This document shows, one piece after another, positions 14,266 to 20,000 of a stretch of 20,000 bases of DNA. A program made the position numbers and the translations under genes. Origin of the DNA: an uncultured virus (IMG/VR IMGVR_UViG_3300046524_000073) (taxonomy: Duplodnaviria > Heunggongvirae > Uroviricota > Caudoviricetes); IMG/VR virus record IMGVR_UViG_3300046524_000073, one strand, 5' to 3'. Numbering within the stretch: position 1 is the stretch's first letter; every line of letters starts with the position of its first letter. The notes under the pieces are model-generated. The model saw only the letters and a list, made by a program, of their open reading frames with translations. It searched no databases and was not told the DNA's origin.

Positions 14266-14393
14266 AAACTGAACTAGACGAGTGGATCGAATTCACTCGC
14301 GCATGGCTTGACGAGGAAACCCGCAAGCAACGTGAGGTCGACGAGGCCGACTGGATTCGCTTCAGAGCGAAGGTGCTGGGGCCGTTTGATTGA
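14262..14393 (+). CDS. small hypothetical protein (43 aa)
   Basis: Read manually: MKTELDEWIEFTRAWLDEETRKQREVDEADWIRFRAKVLGPFD*, ATGA overlap. Confidence 0.55.
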   Translation: MKTELDEWIEFTRAWLDEETRKQREVDEADWIRFRAKVLGPFD

Positions 14394-14424
14394 ATACTAA
14401 GCGACGGCCGCTCTTAGCTTCTAT

Positions 14425-14820
14425 AAGCCGCAGCGGTGAGACGCCGCAACGAACACAGCGCCCAGCCGAAGGTGGCCTCGAAACATCGGCAGATGCAGCG
14501 TTACGGGTTTGCCAGCAATGGCTCGCGATTGCATACCGCGGCTCCTTCCCCGGCTTCTGAAAATGCTTGGCGTGGTCCCCGTCTGTGCGGACTCGACTGT
14601 TCCTTGTCGCTAGTAAAGAAGTGCGTGATGCGTTTGACAGCCGGGAAAGACCGGCGCCCTGACGAGTAGCGGATTCCCACTGCAAGAACGCCGGATAACC
14701 GGGGACCGGCCCGCTACTCGCCAGGGCCAAAGCGGATGCCATCTATTGATCCTGAGCCGTTATTGCGTAGCTAGCCGTAGGCGGAACAACTCAGGTGAAG
14801 GTGGATGCAGCGAGTAACCC
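14425..14820 (+). ncRNA. third structured non-coding block (multibranch domain, c4-like element, long hairpins)
   Basis: Stems AAGCCG/CGGCTT, GCCGG-GAAAGA-CCGGC, CCCTGACGAGTAGCGG/CCGCTACTCGCCAGGG, CCTGAG/CTCAGG. No convincing RBS-led ORF. Confidence 0.55.
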
Positions 14821-14842
14821 TGACAAACATTTCGGAGTCCAT

Positions 14843-15052
14843 ATGGGACAGCATGCAAACGCCCGTGCTTGGGCAGAGTACGAGCGCCTTGACCGTCTGA
14901 AGCAAGACGAGCAGCTAGAAAGTGATCCGCCGCTGACTGAGGAAGAAAAGGCTGCGGCATGGGATGACTCCTACTGGGAGCGGCTTGACGCTGCGGCGCG
15001 GTATGCGGGGGCGGGGCGGCATGTGTGGGGCGAGATGGGGAGGGCGGGATGA
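14843..15052 (+). CDS. hypothetical phage protein
   Basis: GGAG RBS before ATG 14843, coupled to the next gene. Confidence 0.65.
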   Translation: MGQHANARAWAEYERLDRLKQDEQLESDPPLTEEEKAAAWDDSYWERLDAAARYAGAGRHVWGEMGRAG

Positions 15053-15282
15053 AGATCATTCAACTGGCTGTGGCGCTGAATAACGAAGGCGAAGAAAGCC
15101 TGTATGCGCTCTGCGATGACGGATCGGTATTGCAGCGGCGTTGGGCATCAAAACCGAGGGCAGTCGTTGGCCGTGCTCCAGGAACTACCTATATGGATGG
15201 CTGGACTGAGGGCTGGATTCCCGTCGACGCCGGTTGGTCGGTTGCCGTAAAGCACCCCGAAGATACCCGGAGCCAATCATGA
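15049..15282 (+). CDS. hypothetical phage protein
   Basis: MKIIQLAV...LYALCDDGSV, ATGA overlaps. Confidence 0.75.
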   Translation: MKIIQLAVALNNEGEESLYALCDDGSVLQRRWASKPRAVVGRAPGTTYMDGWTEGWIPVDAGWSVAVKHPEDTRSQS

Positions 15283-15470
15283 GCGCGACATATTTCGAAG
15301 ACGACGGCGTGACGGTAGTCATATCAGACATCGCACGCCAGAAGCTCGCCACCGAGCAGCGCGACATTCGCCACGATCAGCAGAGGGCGGAGATATTGAC
15401 GTGGGGCCTGGCTATTTCGGTCGCAATCATTGCGGCGGTGGTTATTAAATATTTGATGGGGACGTCATGA
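15279..15470 (+). CDS. small protein with C-terminal transmembrane segment
   Basis: Start ATG 15279, ILTWGLAISVAIIAAVVI. Confidence 0.7.
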   Translation: MSATYFEDDGVTVVISDIARQKLATEQRDIRHDQQRAEILTWGLAISVAIIAAVVIKYLMGTS

Positions 15471-15664
15471 GCTTTTCGCGAGACATACAGCACACGCAGT
15501 ATCGGACACCGCGCTCCCTGAACGATGCCTTCGGGCCGTATAGCACCTGGCGCGTAGAGCGCAGGAGTGAGGCGAAAGCGTGGGTCTGGGCGATTGGCTG
15601 CGGCATTGCGATTGGTGTTGTCTGGTGGCTGGCTGTGGCGCTGCGGGCTGGAGGTGGCGCATGA
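15467..15664 (+). CDS. small protein with C-terminal transmembrane segment
   Basis: TPRSLNDAFGPY segment followed by a hydrophobic helix. Confidence 0.75.
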   Translation: MSFSRDIQHTQYRTPRSLNDAFGPYSTWRVERRSEAKAWVWAIGCGIAIGVVWWLAVALRAGGGA

Positions 15665-15945
15665 GCGATTACTCGAGGCATGTCACAAGCGCCGAAGTCT
15701 ACGCCGTAATCATGGCTCGCCACCGCGACCAGATGGCCGCCTTCGCGACGTTCAGCGATCCAGACGGAACTTTCAACGGCGGTAGCGGAGCCGTTGGCCG
15801 GATGGACACAGTTTGGGGAATCGCCGGAAGCGACTATCCGATTCTCGAAATTCAGACGCGCTGGGACATTGACCAAGAACAGCCGCACAGGCGCATCAAC
15901 CAGACGCATTCGTATTTTCTGCTGATGGCAATCAAAGACGAATAA
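15661..15945 (+). CDS. hypothetical phage protein
   Basis: GGAGGT RBS, ATG 15661 (MSDYSRH). Confidence 0.7.
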   Translation: MSDYSRHVTSAEVYAVIMARHRDQMAAFATFSDPDGTFNGGSGAVGRMDTVWGIAGSDYPILEIQTRWDIDQEQPHRRINQTHSYFLLMAIKDE

Positions 15946-15955
15946 GGGGAAAGAC

Positions 15956-16258
15956 ATGAAGGCAACGATCAACGTACACGTACACGCGAAGCAGGTTCAG
16001 CGCTATAGCGCTGAGACACATTCCTTCGACGAAGCGATCGAATGGGAAGTGTATCCGTTTGACATGAGTCAATCCGGCAGCGACCGAGTCAACATCGGCG
16101 TGCAGGAACTGACGATCGAAGTCCCAGAGGGTTTTGATATCCGAAACGGACTTGTTGGCAATTTGGAGCGCGAGAAAAAGCGCCTGATGGGCGAATTCCA
16201 AGCGCGCGTAACGGCCATCGACAATCAGATTCAGAAGTATCTCGCGATCGAGGCATGA
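15956..16258 (+). CDS. hypothetical phage protein
   Basis: 100 aa, AGGGGA RBS, C-terminal coiled-coil ending LAIEA. Confidence 0.8.
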   Translation: MKATINVHVHAKQVQRYSAETHSFDEAIEWEVYPFDMSQSGSDRVNIGVQELTIEVPEGFDIRNGLVGNLEREKKRLMGEFQARVTAIDNQIQKYLAIEA

Positions 16259-16259
16259 C

Positions 16260-16454
16260 ATGACCTCTGACGATGGGCCTGATTGGCGCCAGCAGCAGGA
16301 ACAGGAGGAGCAGCAGCAATGGCTCGAATGGTACGAACTCTCCGGAGCACAACGTGAAAACAAGCGAAAGTCAAACGAAGTTTGCGCCAGCCTTCCTAGC
16401 CGCGCAGCAGGCAATAACATTCGCGTCGAAGGATGCGACGAATCCCCATTTTAA
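16260..16454 (+). CDS. small Gln/Glu-rich hypothetical protein overlapping the erf start
   Basis: GAGG RBS, MTSDDGPDWRQQQEQEEQQQW. Confidence 0.45.
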   Translation: MTSDDGPDWRQQQEQEEQQQWLEWYELSGAQRENKRKSNEVCASLPSRAAGNNIRVEGCDESPF

Positions 16455-16974
16455 AAACAAGTACGCAGACTTGCCCGCCGTGGTGGATGCGATCAAACCT
16501 GCGCTCAACGATGCGGGCATTTCATACATTCAATCGCCCAGCCCATCGGATGACGGCAAGTTGCATTTGACAACGCGCCTGCTGCACGAATCGGGCGAAT
16601 GGCTCGAAGACACGCTGGTGATGCCGCTGCCCAAGCAAGATCCGCAGGGCTATGGCAGCGCAATGACCTATGCGCGCCGTTACGCACTTGCCGCCATTAC
16701 GGGGTTGTATCAGGACGACGACGACGGCAATGCGGGTTCCGGGGTCGTAGATCGCCCTGCGTCGAACAAGCAAAGCGGCGCGTCACGGGTGGGCGGAAAA
16801 AAGAACGGTAGCGAGCCTGAAGATCCGGTTGATATGGCGATTGTCGAGCAGATGAACGGAGCCGACTCAGTGCCGGAGCTGGTCAAGATCATGAACGGTC
16901 TGACCAAGGAGCAGAAGGCAGTTGTGAATGAGACATTCAATCGCCGCATGGGCGAACTGAAAAAGGCGGCGTAA
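16354..16974 (+). CDS. erf: Erf-family single-strand annealing protein
   Basis: [50 protein letters not shown]. Probable GTG start at 16354 after GGAG. Confidence 0.92.
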   Translation: MKTSESQTKFAPAFLAAQQAITFASKDATNPHFKNKYADLPAVVDAIKPALNDAGISYIQSPSPSDDGKLHLTTRLLHESGEWLEDTLVMPLPKQDPQGYGSAMTYARRYALAAITGLYQDDDDGNAGSGVVDRPASNKQSGASRVGGKKNGSEPEDPVDMAIVEQMNGADSVPELVKIMNGLTKEQKAVVNETFNRRMGELKKAA

Positions 16975-17315
16975 TGGCATCGATCAACAAGGTAATTCTC
17001 GTCGGTAATGTCGGGGCAGACCCGGAAACTCGATACGCATCAAGTGGAGACGCAATCACGAATCTCCGGCTGGCTACATCCGACAAGTTCAAGGACAAGA
17101 CGACCGGCGAGCCGAAGGAGGTGACTGAGTGGCACCGGGTGGCGTTCTTCGGGAAGCTCGCCGAGATTGTCGCGGAGCATGTCAAGAAAGGCTCTTCGCT
17201 GTACATCGAGGGCCGCATTCGCACCCGTAAGTGGCAGGGCAGCGATGGCCAAGACAAGTACTCTACTGAAATTATCGCCGATGTGATGCAGATGTTAGGA
17301 GGCAAACAATCATGA
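16974..17315 (+). CDS. ssb: single-stranded DNA-binding protein (OB fold only)
   Basis: [41 protein letters not shown]. Lacks the acidic tail. Confidence 0.95.
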   Translation: MASINKVILVGNVGADPETRYASSGDAITNLRLATSDKFKDKTTGEPKEVTEWHRVAFFGKLAEIVAEHVKKGSSLYIEGRIRTRKWQGSDGQDKYSTEIIADVMQMLGGKQS

Positions 17316-17812
17316 GCCCGAGTCTATTCGCGATCGCTGGCGAGTATCGTCAGCAACTCGACCAGCTTGAACAGATGGGGCTGGACGAGCAGACGTTTCA
17401 AGATACGTTAGAGTCGATTAGCGGCAGCATTGAGGAAAAGTCGATCAATGTCGCGATGTTTGTCCGTAATCTGGAGGCTAGCGCGGCAGCCATTGATACT
17501 CAGATTGAGTCGATGGAAGAGAGATCCAAGGCGATCCGGAAGAAGGCCGACCATGTGAAAGATTATCTGCGCGCCAACATGGAGCATGCGAAGCTTCAGA
17601 AGATCGAATCGCCATTCTTTGTTCTATCGATCAGGAAGAATCCGGCCTCGCTCGTTCTGGATGACGAGTCCAAGGTGCCGACGTCGTTCCTGAAGACTCC
17701 GGAGCCACCCCCGCCGATGCTGGACAAGGCGAAGATCAAGGAGGCTATCAAGAATGGCCACGTTGTGCCGGGCGCCCATCTTGAAACGAAGACCCGGCTG
17801 GAGATCAAATGA
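17312..17812 (+). CDS. siphovirus Gp157-family protein
   Basis: DTLESI...EEK, coiled coil, [26 protein letters not shown]. Confidence 0.88.
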   Translation: MSPSLFAIAGEYRQQLDQLEQMGLDEQTFQDTLESISGSIEEKSINVAMFVRNLEASAAAIDTQIESMEERSKAIRKKADHVKDYLRANMEHAKLQKIESPFFVLSIRKNPASLVLDDESKVPTSFLKTPEPPPPMLDKAKIKEAIKNGHVVPGAHLETKTRLEIK

Positions 17813-18495
17813 GCGCTTACATTTTCGATACGGAAACGACCAGCGCCGACGATCCTCAATTGATCGAGGCCGCATGGTTGCTATTGAGCGGTGACCTTAA
17901 CGACAGCGCGCCACGGAATTCATTTCTCCAGCGTTATCAGCCGACGAAAGCAATCAGCTTTGGCGCGATGGCAGTTCACCATATCCTGCCGTCCGACCTG
18001 GCGGATTGTGCACCCAACGCGGAATTCCGCCTGCCCATCGATATGCAATACATGATCGGGCACAAGGTGGACTTCGATTGGGAAGTCGTCGGGTCACTCA
18101 ACGTTAAGCGTATCTGCACACTGGCAATGGCTCGGCGCGTATGGCCGCAGGCGGAGTCGCATACGCTGGGAGCACTGAGCTACATGCTATCCGATAACCT
18201 GGAGGCAGTTCGATTGGAATTGCGCGATGCGCACAACGCGTTGGCCGACTGTTATCTATGCGCTCGCGTTTTATATGCAGTAATCGATCATTGCGGCGAA
18301 GACCTGATGACCTGGGAAGACGTCTATCAGTTCTCGGAGAAAGCGCGTGTGCCGACACACATGGCGTTTGGCAAGCACGCCGGCAGGCCGATCGCCGATG
18401 TGCCATATGACTACCGAGCATGGTACGCGCGCCAACCCGATCCCGATCCATATCTGCTGCGCGCCTTCGGCCTGCCCGTACCTACCGTCGCCTGA
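17809..18495 (+). CDS. DEDDh 3'-5' exonuclease (exonuclease X-like)
   Basis: FDTETT, GHKVDFD, AHNALAD, C-terminal MAFGKHAG..IADVP.DY..W. Confidence 0.9.
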   Translation: MSAYIFDTETTSADDPQLIEAAWLLLSGDLNDSAPRNSFLQRYQPTKAISFGAMAVHHILPSDLADCAPNAEFRLPIDMQYMIGHKVDFDWEVVGSLNVKRICTLAMARRVWPQAESHTLGALSYMLSDNLEAVRLELRDAHNALADCYLCARVLYAVIDHCGEDLMTWEDVYQFSEKARVPTHMAFGKHAGRPIADVPYDYRAWYARQPDPDPYLLRAFGLPVPTVA

Positions 18496-18619
18496 CCCTC
18501 ACGCACCTTCGCCCGCACGTTGATTGGCTAACGCGTTTCCAGCGGTAAGCCGGGCGGAGGTGCGCCCCTCGCAGCAAATCCCCAGGCGCTATCGGTCCTC
18601 CGCTTGGGGGCGTGTGTTT

Positions 18620-18648
18620 GGCCCGCTAGTTTAGGGGCCGCTTTTTTT
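18620..18648 (+). terminator. probable intrinsic terminator
   Basis: GGCCC-GCTAGTTTAG-GGGCC then GC and T7. Confidence 0.55.
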
Positions 18649-18658
18649 GGAGGTCAAT

Positions 18659-20000
18659 ATGATTGGTTATGAGGAATTTATCGCGAATAAGGGCTACGCG
18701 GATCTTCCTACTGGATTTGACTATGACGTTCCGGTCGGCCCATTGTTCGACTTCCAGGCTGCTTGCGTCAAATGGGCGCTAAAGCGCGGTCGCGCGGCGT
18801 TGTTCGAGGATACCGGTCTCGGCAAGACATTACAGCAGACCACGTGGGCGAAGTACGTCTGCGAGCACACTGGCGGCAACGTCATCATCGTGGCTCCCCT
18901 ATGCGTCGCCCAGCAGACCGTCGAGGAAGCGGGCAAGTTCGACATTGCAATCAAATACTGCCGCCACGATTCGGAAGTGGAGGCGGGCATCACGATCACG
19001 AATTACGAAATGCTTGAGCACTTCGCGCTCGATTTGTTCGTCGGCGTGGTTCTGGATGAGAGTTCGATCCTGAAATCGCACAGCAGCAAGACCCGGGCAT
19101 TCATCACGGATTCATTCCGCCGCACCCCATACAAGCTGTCATGCACGGCGACGCCTAGCCCTAACGACTGGATGGAGCTAGGCAATCAAGCGGAATTTCT
19201 CGGCGTGATGAACGCTGTCGAAATGCTGTCTACGTTCTTCACGCACGATGGCGGCGATACGGGCAACTGGCGTCTGAAGGGTCACGGCAAGGTCAAGTTT
19301 TGGGAGTGGATGGCGACGTGGGCAGTCTGTATCCGCAGCCCTGCCGACCTTGGTTTCGACGGCTCGCGCTATCTCCTGCCGCCGCTCGAACTCGTTGAGC
19401 ATGTGGTGGAGAGTGATGCCGCGCCAGAAGGACAGCTTTTCACGATCATCGCTCAAAGCCTGACGGAGCGCCGGCAAGCGAAGAAAAGCACGATCGACCA
19501 GCGTATCGAGCTTGCAGCGAGCATCGCGAACAGCACCGACGAGCCGGTCATTGTCTGGTGCCACCTGAATGAGGAAAGCGAGCGCCTGACAAAAGCTATT
19601 CCCGGCGCCGTCGAAGTGACTGGCTCAATGAAGCCCGAGCAGAAGGAAGCAAACATCATGGCGTTCGTCCATGGCGAGGCGCGGGTGATTGTCAGCAAGC
19701 CGTCCATCATGGGTTTCGGATTAAACCTCCAGCACGTCTGCCGGCGCATGGTGTTCGCCAGCATGGATGACAGTTTCGAGTCCTATTACCAGGCGGTGCG
19801 CCGCTGCTATCGGTTTGGGCAGAACCGCCGCGTGCTGGCACACATCATCACCGCCGATACCGAGGGCGCCGTGAAAACCAACATCGCCCGCAAGCAGGCG
19901 CAGAGCGACGCCATGGCGGCCGAAATGGTGGCCCTGATGCGCGAGATCACCAAGAAACAGATTGAAGGCGCCCGGAGCGGGACCGAGGCTTACCGTCCGA
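18659..20000 (+). CDS. SNF2-related SF2 helicase (partial, runs off the window)
   Basis: Absent from the ORF track, consistent with no stop inside the window. Read manually: GGAGG RBS, MIGYEEFI...LFDFQ...EDTGLGKT, VLDESSILK, CTATPSPND, FGLNLQ, QAVRRCYRFGQ. Confidence 0.9.
   Translation, partial: MIGYEEFIANKGYADLPTGFDYDVPVGPLFDFQAACVKWALKRGRAALFEDTGLGKTLQQTTWAKYVCEHTGGNVIIVAPLCVAQQTVEEAGKFDIAIKYCRHDSEVEAGITITNYEMLEHFALDLFVGVVLDESSILKSHSSKTRAFITDSFRRTPYKLSCTATPSPNDWMELGNQAEFLGVMNAVEMLSTFFTHDGGDTGNWRLKGHGKVKFWEWMATWAVCIRSPADLGFDGSRYLLPPLELVEHVVESDAAPEGQLFTIIAQSLTERRQAKKSTIDQRIELAASIANSTDEPVIVWCHLNEESERLTKAIPGAVEVTGSMKPEQKEANIMAFVHGEARVIVSKPSIMGFGLNLQHVCRRMVFASMDDSFESYYQAVRRCYRFGQNRRVLAHIITADTEGAVKTNIARKQAQSDAMAAEMVALMREITKKQIEGARSGTEAYRP

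Noticed and set aside
14634..14639. Promoter at TTGACA
   Set aside because: No -10 element at a 16-18 bp spacing.
14659..14726. Second hammerhead (CTGACGA followed by a stem)
   Set aside because: The stem is followed by TCGCC rather than GAAA, and the CTGACGA is itself paired in a long hairpin.

Overview
This window is the early and control region of a temperate lambdoid phage or prophage. The host is not determinable from the sequence, though the GC-rich composition and gene style suggest a betaproteobacterium. A cI (HTH plus S24 peptidase) / cro immunity switch at 10150-11450 has recognisable PR, PRM and PL promoters and 17-bp operators. The minus-strand arm runs cro, cII-like, O-like replication initiator, DnaB-like helicase, a nin-like block (nuclease, DUF4406, dATP/dGTP diphosphohydrolase, NinB, NinG, C5 methyltransferase), a Q-like gene, then PR'/tR'. 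The plus-strand PL arm carries small ORFs, an HNH-AP2 endonuclease, an Erf-SSB-Gp157-exonuclease recombination module and a SNF2-like helicase that runs off the end. The most unusual signals are: (1) a complete type II hammerhead ribozyme core (11761-11863) heading about 1.1 kb of densely folded non-coding sequence in three blocks of the PL operon; (2) a C5 methyltransferase whose missing motif IX appears to be encoded by a fully overprinted alternative-frame ORF (M.EcoHK31I-like), with both frames possibly served by one Shine-Dalgarno; (3) a C8 homopolymer frameshift fusing two genes; (4) apparently leaderless starts at all three switch promoters. Family names are from motif recognition only; no searches were run.
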